This document shows, piece after piece, positions 9,142 to 16,128 of a stretch of 22,126 nt of DNA. The first letter of the stretch is position 1; the number at the start of each line of letters is the position of its first letter. The notes below the pieces were generated by a model. That model was not told the DNA's origin. It made no database searches and was given only the letters and a program-made list of their open reading frames with translations. A program made the position numbers and the translations under genes. Source of the DNA: an uncultured Haloplasmataceae bacterium (lineage in GTDB: Bacteria > Bacillota_I > Bacilli_A > Haloplasmatales > Haloplasmataceae); contig CALFRW010000102.1 in the NCBI GenBank assembly GCA_937919135.1, positions 1 through 22,126 of the forward strand, given 5' to 3'.

Positions 9142-9834
9142 ATGACTTATAATGACTTTAATTTTGATTTGTTTGGTGATTATAAACAACCAAATATTGA
9201 TAGTTCTTTAAAACTACCTTTATGTTTAGTATTAGATAATAGTGGCTCAATGTCGATTAGAACAAAATCGACAAGAGGCTCGATTGTCAAAATTGATGAA
9301 TTAAACTCCAATGTAGAAAAATTAATTAATTATATCAAAAATGATCCGAAAGCTAGTAAAATTTGTGATTTATGTATTATTACTTTTGGAGGTAGAGTTA
9401 ACCTTGTGACCGATTATAACTTAGTTGAAAATATTAGCCCCTTTAGATTAGTGGCAGGGGGTAATACCCCTTTAGGTGAAGCGGTTGGGCTTGCAATCGA
9501 CTTACTTAATAAAAGAAGAGATCATTATATTGAAAATGGGATTGAGCATTATAAACCAATTATGTTAATCATGAGTGATGGTGAGCCAACAGATAGTTAT
9601 ATCGAAAGTGCCAGAAGATGTAGTGAAAAGGTAAGTAGAAAAGAATTAAAAGTTTATCCTGTCGGGATTGGAACTGATTTTCGCGAAGATATTTTACAAG
9701 AATTTTCTCCATTAATAAATCCAAAACGAATTACTGATATGGCTGGCTTTGTAAGATTATTTGAGTTATTAAGTCGAAGTACAAGTAATCCAACGGATGA
9801 TTCAATTGATAAATGGTTTAATGAAGATATCTAG
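9142..9834 (+). CDS. vWA domain protein, TerY-like (second copy)
   Basis: RBS AAAGGAGAGAG precedes the ATG. MIDAS motif LCLVLDNSGSMS (DxSxS) is present, along with NTPLGEAV (the conserved Thr loop) and IMLIMSDGEPTD. Confidence 0.85.
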   Translation: MTYNDFNFDLFGDYKQPNIDSSLKLPLCLVLDNSGSMSIRTKSTRGSIVKIDELNSNVEKLINYIKNDPKASKICDLCIITFGGRVNLVTDYNLVENISPFRLVAGGNTPLGEAVGLAIDLLNKRRDHYIENGIEHYKPIMLIMSDGEPTDSYIESARRCSEKVSRKELKVYPVGIGTDFREDILQEFSPLINPKRITDMAGFVRLFELLSRSTSNPTDDSIDKWFNEDI

Positions 9835-9858
9835 AACCTGATTAAATCAGGTTTTTTC
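9835..9858 (+). terminator. Rho-independent terminator ending operon 1
   Basis: Stem AACCTGAT / ATCAGGTT with loop TAA, followed by TTTTTT. It begins immediately after the TAG at 9832-9834. Confidence 0.75.
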
Positions 9859-9863
9859 GATTG

Positions 9864-9892
9864 TTGACATTTGTTTTATTTTAAGAGATAAT
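9864..9892 (+). promoter_or_regulatory. Sigma-70-like promoter for operon 2: -35 TTGACA (9864-9869), 17-nt spacer, -10 GATAAT (9887-9892)
   Basis: Consensus -35 with a good -10 at canonical spacing. It lies between the terminator and the AGGAGG RBS (9915-9920) of the GTG start at 9926. Confidence 0.5.
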
Positions 9893-9925
9893 AGCAATAA
9901 GAAATGTGTTGTATAGGAGGATAAA

Positions 9926-10645
9926 GTGAAAGAAATTATCAAGTTTTCAGGTAATAAAGATGATTTAGTTTGGATTTATCCCAAGGCTAATATCAGTAAA
10001 GATGCAGAAGTGATTGTTGATAAAGATTATCAAGCAATTTTAGTGCGAAATGGTAAAATTATTCCTTATTTTCCCGGTGTAAATAAGGCGTTTAGTGAGA
10101 AAGTTTCTTTGTTTAATAAATATATCAATGATTGTACAATTTATTTTTTTAATAAGTCGAAAGATGTTAAATTTCATAAATGGGGTACTAAATATCCAAT
10201 TAGATATTTTGATAAACATTATCAAACTGAGCTTTCAATGCGGGCTCATGGCAAGTATAAAGTATATTTGGATAATCCAAGATTATTTATGAATAGTTTT
10301 AAACTTGATAGTAATATTCGCATTGAAAATGATATTAAAGCAATGGTTATTATAAAAATTACCGAAAAATTAGCGAAATTATTAAACTTAGGTAAATATA
10401 ACGCTTTAAGTATTAACGCTTATCTTAATGAGATTTCAACTATGATTCAAGATGAACTTAATCAGGATTTCGAAGAATGGGGATTTAGTCTTTTTAATTT
10501 AAGTTTTACAGAATTATCGCCGCTTGAAGTAAATGAAATCAAAAATGAATGTCCAAATTGTCAAGCTAAAGTTAATCCACAAATGAAGTTTTGTAGTAAT
10601 TGTGGGATGAGTTTAGTAGAAGTTGGTGATGTAGATGTTGTTTAA
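9926..10645 (+). CDS. SPFH/Band-7-like (COG4260 'virion core protein-like') N-terminal domain protein with a C-terminal zinc ribbon; GTG start
   Basis: The N-terminus FSGNKDDLVWIYPKANISKDAEVIVDKDYQAILVRNGKIIPYFPG resembles the characteristic start of SPFH-plus-Zn-ribbon proteins, which I recall as ...D.LVW.FP......I..GS.LIV...Q.AVFV.NG.I. The C-terminus CPNCQAKVNPQMKFCSNCGMSL is a CxxC...CxxC zinc ribbon. At 239 aa it is shorter than a full SPFH protein, so it may be a truncated or minimal version. Confidence 0.55.
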   Translation: MKEIIKFSGNKDDLVWIYPKANISKDAEVIVDKDYQAILVRNGKIIPYFPGVNKAFSEKVSLFNKYINDCTIYFFNKSKDVKFHKWGTKYPIRYFDKHYQTELSMRAHGKYKVYLDNPRLFMNSFKLDSNIRIENDIKAMVIIKITEKLAKLLNLGKYNALSINAYLNEISTMIQDELNQDFEEWGFSLFNLSFTELSPLEVNEIKNECPNCQAKVNPQMKFCSNCGMSLVEVGDVDVV

Positions 10646-10919
10646 TAAGTATAATGATAAACAAAAATTAATTTATAAAACTCTAAGCGAAATTGAATTA
10701 GCAATTAATGAAACGGAAATAAGAAAAAGGGTTAGTGCGGTAATTGATAAATTATATACCATTAAACCAAAAGCTAAAAATGATGGACAGTTAAAACAAC
10801 TTAATCATTATGTCAAAGAATTAAAAAGCGAATTAGTTAACCCAATTGAGTCAATTATTAATAATTATCTTGATAAAATTGATAGTATTTTAAATCAAAT
10901 TAAATATGAGGGTGAGTGA
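10635..10919 (+). CDS. Small (94 aa) predicted alpha-helical/coiled-coil protein of unknown function
   Basis: It overlaps the upstream gene by 11 nt and runs into the next start. It is charged and heptad-like throughout, with no recognisable motif. Confidence 0.6.
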   Translation: MLFNKYNDKQKLIYKTLSEIELAINETEIRKRVSAVIDKLYTIKPKAKNDGQLKQLNHYVKELKSELVNPIESIINNYLDKIDSILNQIKYEGE

Positions 10920-10921
10920 TA

Positions 10922-11494
10922 ATGATGTTTGGTAAAAAGCGAAAACAAAAAGCAAATGAAGAAAAAAACTTTCGTTTACATAATGAGATTTTACGAAAAT
11001 CACATGAACTAGAAAAATTATTTGCAAAATTAGCTGAAACAAAAGCACAAGGGAAAGCTGAAAAAAATGAAAATATGAAACAATTTATCGCTAATGAATA
11101 TATTCAAATCGAAAATAAAATTAAAATGAGTACAATTCAGTTAAAAGATTTACAAAAAACTTATATTTTAAATCTAAATATTATGAGTAAGGAAGAATTA
11201 TTAAAGACTTATAGTGTGATCGATAAGTATAAGATTGCCAGTAATAATGACTTAATAAGTATTGTGGAAAAAATAACCAATATTCAAAAAGATAAAATTG
11301 TTGAAGAAAAAGAACGTGAAGATATTGAAGAAGTATTTGTAGAAAGTATTGATAGTTACTCAGAAGAATTGGATAATCCAAGAGCAAGTGAACTAATAAA
11401 TGCTTGGGCTAAGGAAGTTACTCAAGAGGAATTTGAAAAAGAAAGTAACCCTGAAAATTTAGCGGTTGTAGCTGAAAGCAAAGGAGAGATGTAA
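10922..11494 (+). CDS. ESCRT-III superfamily (Snf7/CHMP-like) protein, paralogue 1. The ORF track starts it at 10916 (GTG); ATG 10922 or 10925, giving MMFGKK, is the likelier start.
   Basis: It has a Snf7-type N-terminus (MFGKKRKQK) and a basic helix-1 (ILRKSHELEKLFAKLAETKAQGKAEKNENMKQFIANEY) with the Snf7-like KKG.NK..A pattern. It then has a long amphipathic helical hairpin and an acidic C-terminal half (EEKEREDIEEVFVESIDSYSEELD). The composition is the basic N-half and acidic C-half typical of ESCRT-III. Confidence 0.7.
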   Translation: MMFGKKRKQKANEEKNFRLHNEILRKSHELEKLFAKLAETKAQGKAEKNENMKQFIANEYIQIENKIKMSTIQLKDLQKTYILNLNIMSKEELLKTYSVIDKYKIASNNDLISIVEKITNIQKDKIVEEKEREDIEEVFVESIDSYSEELDNPRASELINAWAKEVTQEEFEKESNPENLAVVAESKGEM

Positions 11495-12070
11495 ATGTTT
11501 AAATCAAGAGCAGAAAAAGAGCTGGAACGTAAATTAAAAGTAAAACGTACCTTATCAGGTATGAATAAATTTATCTCGCAAATTGAAATGAAAAAGAAAA
11601 AATTAATTGAACAGGCTAGCTTAGCTAAATTAAAAGGAATTGATTCTCAATATAATCTAGCTGTTCAAGGTTTAAAAATTGCTTTAGCGCAACAAAAGCG
11701 TGTTGAAACAATGTTACTTAATTTTGAGATTACGACACAGTTAAAAGATATCTCACAAATGACAAAAGGTTTTTTTGAATCGATGAGTATCTTATCTAAT
11801 GAATTATCAGGTGGTACAAAACAAAAAGATTTTGTGAAAGTGCAACAACAATTTGAAAAAGCAATGATGAAATCACAAATGCAAACTGAAAGATTAGAAG
11901 CATTTTTAGAGTCAACTGAGTCCTTATTTGAAAACTTAAGTGTTGATTCTAGTTCTGTAGATGACCAAGAAATTGAAAAATTAATTGAAAATCAAGCAAG
12001 TAATATTGATAATGATTTAGATCTAGAAATTGAAGAGAAACTTAAGAGTTTAGACACTAAATCATTATAG
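11495..12070 (+). CDS. ESCRT-III superfamily (Vps2/CHMP2-like) protein, paralogue 2, with a C-terminal MIM1-like motif
   Basis: The core KGIDSQYNLAVQGLKIALAQQKRVETMLLNFEITTQLKDISQMTKGFFESMSILSNEL aligns residue-pattern-wise with the CHMP2/Vps2 helices alpha2-alpha4 (..AKQGQMDAVRIMAKDLVRTRRYV...MAQAMKGVTKAMGTMNRQL). The C-terminus DLDLEIEEKLKSLDTKSL matches the MIM1 consensus D-x-x-L-x-x-(R/K)-L-x-x-L, as in CHMP2 ...DADLEERLKNLRR. RBS AAAGGAGAG precedes the ATG, which abuts the upstream stop. Confidence 0.8.
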   Translation: MFKSRAEKELERKLKVKRTLSGMNKFISQIEMKKKKLIEQASLAKLKGIDSQYNLAVQGLKIALAQQKRVETMLLNFEITTQLKDISQMTKGFFESMSILSNELSGGTKQKDFVKVQQQFEKAMMKSQMQTERLEAFLESTESLFENLSVDSSSVDDQEIEKLIENQASNIDNDLDLEIEEKLKSLDTKSL

Positions 12071-12085
12071 AAAAGGAGTGGGATT

Positions 12086-13201
12086 ATGGAGAATCAACAA
12101 TTTTTACTTGATGCATTTAATACGTATTATAATAATGGTATGACCGCAAAACAAAAAGCCAATATTCCCCTCGCCAAAAAAAATTTTAAGAAGGCTTGTG
12201 AAGTATTGTTAAAACTAGCAAAAGTGTCATCAGGTGAATTAAAACGATCTCGTTTAGATAAAGCCACTCGTTTAATGGAGTACATAGATTCTTTAAAAGA
12301 ACCAGATAAATCACGAATAAGCACAAATCAAAATAAAAAAGCAGATAGTACCGAAACCTCTTGGGAAGCAGTTAGCATTCCAAATATTTGTTTTGATGAT
12401 ATCGCTGGTTTAGATGATGTTAAAGAAGCAGTTAGAATAAGAATTATCCTACCTCGAAAATACCCTGAAATATATAATAAGTACAAGAAGAAGGCTGGCG
12501 GAGGCGTATTAATGTATGGTCTACCTGGTACTGGTAAAACCATGATTGCTAAAGCGATTGCTAGAGAAATTCAAGCAAAGTTTTTTTCGGTAAAAAGCAG
12601 TGATATTGTAAGTAAATGGTTTGGTGAGGCAGAAAAGAATGTTAGAAACTTATTCGAAACAGCAAGAAAGGAAAGTAATGCAGTTATCTTTTTTGATGAA
12701 TTTGAAGCATTAGGTGCTAAACGAAGCAGTAATTCAAGTGTTATGTCAAGACTAATTCCAGAATTATTGGCACAAATTCAAGGTTTTAATGAAACAGATG
12801 CCAATATTATGATCCTTGCTGCTACTAACCGACCGTGGGATTTAGATAGTGCCTTTTTAAGACCGGGACGTTTTGATGAAAAACTCTATGTCCCTTTACC
12901 TGATAATGATGCTAGGAAGTTTATTATTACCAAAGCTTTAGAAGGATTACCACTTGATAATAATATTGAAATAGAAAAATTAGTTGCATATACTGATGGA
13001 TTTAATGCTGCTGATGTCGTAGAGTTTTGTGAGCGTTTAAAAGATGGACCAATTAGACGTACGATTGAAAATGGTGGAAAAAATATTGAAAATATCAATC
13101 TTGATGATGTCAATTTTGTCCGGAATAATGTTAAAAGTTCAGTTAATCCTCAGGATATAACTGCACTTCAGAAGTGGAAAACGGAATTCGCTAAAAATTA
13201 G
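12086..13201 (+). CDS. Vps4-like AAA+ ATPase of the meiotic clade (Vps4/katanin/spastin), with an N-terminal MIT-like domain
   Basis: RBS AAAAGGAGTGGG precedes the ATG. The N-terminal three-helix region FLLDAFNTYYNNG...KACEVLLKLAK...KRSRLDKATRLMEYIDSLKE parallels the Vps4 MIT helix ...[24 protein letters not shown]. The ATPase carries Walker A GLPGTGKT and Walker B IFFDEFEAL, sensor-1 ATNRPWDLD and Arg-finger/SRH LRPGRFDEKLYVPLPD. The C-terminal helix VKSSVNPQDITALQKWKTEF matches the Vps4 family C-terminal helix (LKSTRPSVS.EDLEKYEEWTKEF). Confidence 0.9.
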   Translation: MENQQFLLDAFNTYYNNGMTAKQKANIPLAKKNFKKACEVLLKLAKVSSGELKRSRLDKATRLMEYIDSLKEPDKSRISTNQNKKADSTETSWEAVSIPNICFDDIAGLDDVKEAVRIRIILPRKYPEIYNKYKKKAGGGVLMYGLPGTGKTMIAKAIAREIQAKFFSVKSSDIVSKWFGEAEKNVRNLFETARKESNAVIFFDEFEALGAKRSSNSSVMSRLIPELLAQIQGFNETDANIMILAATNRPWDLDSAFLRPGRFDEKLYVPLPDNDARKFIITKALEGLPLDNNIEIEKLVAYTDGFNAADVVEFCERLKDGPIRRTIENGGKNIENINLDDVNFVRNNVKSSVNPQDITALQKWKTEFAKN

Positions 13202-13210
13202 AGGTGGATC

Positions 13211-14104
13211 ATGAAAGAAATAGTAAAGAAGTGTCCTTATTGTGGTAATATCCTAGATGAAAAAAGTGTTTTATATAAAGGATATTATGTTTGTTCAAGT
13301 TGTGCAAATACCATTAATGACAGTAAAAATGTTGAGTTAATTAGGAGATTCAGTAATTATATTCGAAATTTAGAATTTCAAAGAGCAGATAGTTTACGAA
13401 AAGAAATGCTTGATGATGCTGATTTTGATGTTAATGAGTTACAACTGTTTACTTTTTATTCAGCAATTTTGCATCTGTTTTTAACACGTGATCCCAGTAA
13501 TATTATTAAGTTTTTAAATGATTCTACCGCAACTGATATTGGTGTTGTAATTGAAGTGTTGAATTTTTTAACTAGTATTTCTGTATATGTAGAAAAATTA
13601 GGTAAATATATTCATGATTATGTTGATATGCAAGAAAAGTACTTGTCACAGCTTAATAATTATGAGTTTAATGTTGCTTATATTGAGTTAAAGAAAAAAT
13701 ATTTTAAATCAATTTTAAATAAATCCAGTTTTATTATGCAAAGTTATAAACAAGGAAAGATGTCTTTACAAGAAATATTGGAATTAATTCATAAAGAAGA
13801 TCCTGGAAATATTGCCGCACTATATGCGATTTTTGATGATGTTGCGACTAATTCCCACCCGGTTGAATTAATTAATAGTTATCTTAAAACATGCGATTAT
13901 GCTTTAGAACTCTACTATGAGAAATCAAAACGCAAAATGAGTGATAATTATAAAGTTTATTATAAGAAATCGCTCGCATTACGGAGAAAATATAATCTGC
14001 ACGCTAATAAAAATTACTTGTGGCAGAAAAAACTCACTAATAATTTATTCTGGGGAGTTATAATAATTATTATGATCATAATTGGGATAATGTTATTGAA
14101 ATAG
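13211..14104 (+). CDS. Hypothetical protein with an N-terminal zinc ribbon, a helical middle domain and a C-terminal TM anchor
   Basis: RBS AGAGGTGGA precedes the ATG. The zinc ribbon is CPYCGN...(16 aa)...CSSCAN. The C-terminal hydrophobic segment is LFWGVIIIIMIIIGIMLL, followed by K. Confidence 0.75.
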   Translation: MKEIVKKCPYCGNILDEKSVLYKGYYVCSSCANTINDSKNVELIRRFSNYIRNLEFQRADSLRKEMLDDADFDVNELQLFTFYSAILHLFLTRDPSNIIKFLNDSTATDIGVVIEVLNFLTSISVYVEKLGKYIHDYVDMQEKYLSQLNNYEFNVAYIELKKKYFKSILNKSSFIMQSYKQGKMSLQEILELIHKEDPGNIAALYAIFDDVATNSHPVELINSYLKTCDYALELYYEKSKRKMSDNYKVYYKKSLALRRKYNLHANKNYLWQKKLTNNLFWGVIIIIMIIIGIMLLK

Positions 14105-14114
14105 GATGGATATT

Positions 14115-15389
14115 ATGACTAACGAACCTTTATTTAACAAAGGGACAATTTTAAATAACACTATAAAGATTATCGACTATATTGGTTCAGGTGGTCAAGG
14201 TGAAGTGTATCTAGTTAAGTATTATGATAAGCAATATGCTTTAAAATGGTATTATGCTCATATCGTAAATCAAAACCTTAAAAGAGTTATTATAAATTTA
14301 ATATCTAAAGGAGCCCCAAATCAGCATTTTCTTTGGCCGATTAAACTTGTTGAAGAAAATAATCAATTTGGTTATTTAATGGAACTTCGACCGCCAAATT
14401 ACCGGAGTTTAAATGAATGGGTAAAATTAGAGTTTGATATGAATTTATCAACAATAGCCTTAGCGTGTTTTAAATTAACCAATGCTTTTAATAAGCTTCA
14501 TGCTATCGGATTAAGTTATAAAGATATTTCACTAGACAATATCTTTGTCGACCCCAAACGTGGTGATATTTTAATTTGCGATAATGATAATATTACCGCA
14601 AATGGTATTAATGTAGGTGGCCTCTTGGGTACCCCTAAATTTATGGCACCAGAGCTAGTTATGGGGTCAACAATTCCTAATACGGAATCGGATCAGTTTT
14701 CACTCGCTGTTTTATTATTTTATATTTTATTAGTTTCGCATCCGTTTGAGGGAAGGTTAGAAGCAAATATTACGTGCTTTAATGATTTAAGCGCTAAAAT
14801 GCTTTATGGAACGGATGCGGTATTTATTTATGATGAAGCGAATCCTTCTAACCGACCGGTTTTAGGAATTCACAATAATGCGATTAACTTATGGCCAATA
14901 TATCCTAAATACATTAGGGATTTGTTTCATAAAACATTTACCATCGGTGTAAGGAATCCTTTAAAAAGGACAAGAGAAAGTGAGTGGCGAACTGCTTTCT
15001 TAAAGTTATATAATTCACTGTTTAAATGTTCTAATTGTGGGCAAGAAAATATTTATGAGCTAAAGAAATATCAAAGCCAGGGCAAGTTAGACCCTTGCAT
15101 CTATTGTAAACAAGACTTCCAAATTCCACCTCGGATTGGAATTAAAGATAATATTATTGTTTTAAGTGAGGAAAAAGGTTTATTTGTCTGTCATATAAAT
15201 CCTAATGAACCAGCTAATTTAACTTTAGTTGGTAGGATTAATAAAATAAGTTCAGACTATATAATAACTAATGTTTCGAAACTAAATTGGAAAATTAACG
15301 GTCAAAAAATTTTGCCACAAATGTCAAAAACTTTAATAAACGGTGATATAATTGATTTTGGTTTAACAACTGGAGAAATCAGATTTTAG
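14115..15389 (+). CDS. Hanks-type Ser/Thr protein kinase with C-terminal zinc-ribbon and FHA-like modules. The ORF track starts it at 14106; ATG 14115 has the better RBS, AGGATGGA.
   Basis: The Gly-rich loop GSGGQGEVYLV and beta3 YALKW are present. The catalytic loop is YKDISLDNIFV and the Mg-binding loop is ICDNDNI. The activation-segment end GTPKFMAPELV is a canonical APE motif. The zinc ribbon is CSNCGQ...(17 aa)...CIYCKQ. The C-terminal ~85 aa (...VGRINKISSDYIITN...NWKINGQKI....LINGDIIDFG) resemble the FHA GR...D..I......S..H..I...VNG..I....L..GD.I.FG core. Confidence 0.8.
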   Translation: MTNEPLFNKGTILNNTIKIIDYIGSGGQGEVYLVKYYDKQYALKWYYAHIVNQNLKRVIINLISKGAPNQHFLWPIKLVEENNQFGYLMELRPPNYRSLNEWVKLEFDMNLSTIALACFKLTNAFNKLHAIGLSYKDISLDNIFVDPKRGDILICDNDNITANGINVGGLLGTPKFMAPELVMGSTIPNTESDQFSLAVLLFYILLVSHPFEGRLEANITCFNDLSAKMLYGTDAVFIYDEANPSNRPVLGIHNNAINLWPIYPKYIRDLFHKTFTIGVRNPLKRTRESEWRTAFLKLYNSLFKCSNCGQENIYELKKYQSQGKLDPCIYCKQDFQIPPRIGIKDNIIVLSEEKGLFVCHINPNEPANLTLVGRINKISSDYIITNVSKLNWKINGQKILPQMSKTLINGDIIDFGLTTGEIRF

Positions 15390-15406
15390 ATGAAAGAGGA
15401 GAAGAA

Positions 15407-16099
15407 ATGGGATTAAGAAAGTTAGGAGCTGAAAAAATTTCAGCACGTCAGTTGGATTTTATCTTTGTTTTAGACGTATCTGGTTCGATGCATGGGGAAA
15501 AGATTGCTGCTCTTAATTATGCGATTAAAGAAGCAATACCAGCAATGCAAGAAGCAGCACATAAAAATGTAAATGCGGAAATTATGGTGCGGGTACTAAC
15601 ATTTTCAGATGATGTAAATTGGTTTATAGAACGTGAACCAATAAAAGACTTTCTATGGCATGATATTAAACCGCAAGGACTGTCAAATTTAGGTAGAGCA
15701 TTTACTGAGCTTGCTAGAATATTAGATGAATCATTAATGCCTGATCGAGGTCTTCCTCCAGTAATTGTCTTAATCACTGATGGTATGCCGACGGATGATT
15801 ATAAAGAAGGTTTAGCTATGCTTTTGGCAACAAAATGGGGACGTGCTGCAGTTAGGCTTGCAATCGCCTTAGAAAACGATGTTGAAAAAGCTGTATTAGA
15901 TGATTTTATCGATAATAACAGAATAAAACCAATTAGGGTTGAAAATGCTAATCAATTAGTGAAATATATGAGATTTGTCTCGACAGTAGTATTAAATACA
16001 GTTTCATCGGTTAAAGATAATGAGAAGTTGATTTTTGATTTTGATTTCGACCTTCCTGAAGATGATGAAACTACTACTGATGTTTATGATGTATTTTAG
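15407..16099 (+). CDS. vWA domain protein, TerY-like (third copy)
   Basis: RBS AAAGAGGAGAAG precedes the ATG. MIDAS motif FIFVLDVSGSMHG (DxSxS) is present, with LSNLGRAF (Thr/Ser loop) and VIVLITDGMPTDD. An acidic C-terminal tail reads DFDFDLPEDDETTTDVYDVF. Confidence 0.9.
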   Translation: MGLRKLGAEKISARQLDFIFVLDVSGSMHGEKIAALNYAIKEAIPAMQEAAHKNVNAEIMVRVLTFSDDVNWFIEREPIKDFLWHDIKPQGLSNLGRAFTELARILDESLMPDRGLPPVIVLITDGMPTDDYKEGLAMLLATKWGRAAVRLAIALENDVEKAVLDDFIDNNRIKPIRVENANQLVKYMRFVSTVVLNTVSSVKDNEKLIFDFDFDLPEDDETTTDVYDVF

Positions 16100-16128
16100 G
16101 TATTAAAATATAGTTATAGGAGTTAAAT

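Noticed and set aside
10095-10292. + strand 65-aa ORF overlapping the SPFH-like gene in another frame; also 18372-18560 inside the protease gene
   Set aside because: Alternative-frame ORFs fully embedded in stronger coding frames. They have no independent start signals, and their hydrophobic composition follows from the frame shift of AT-rich codons.
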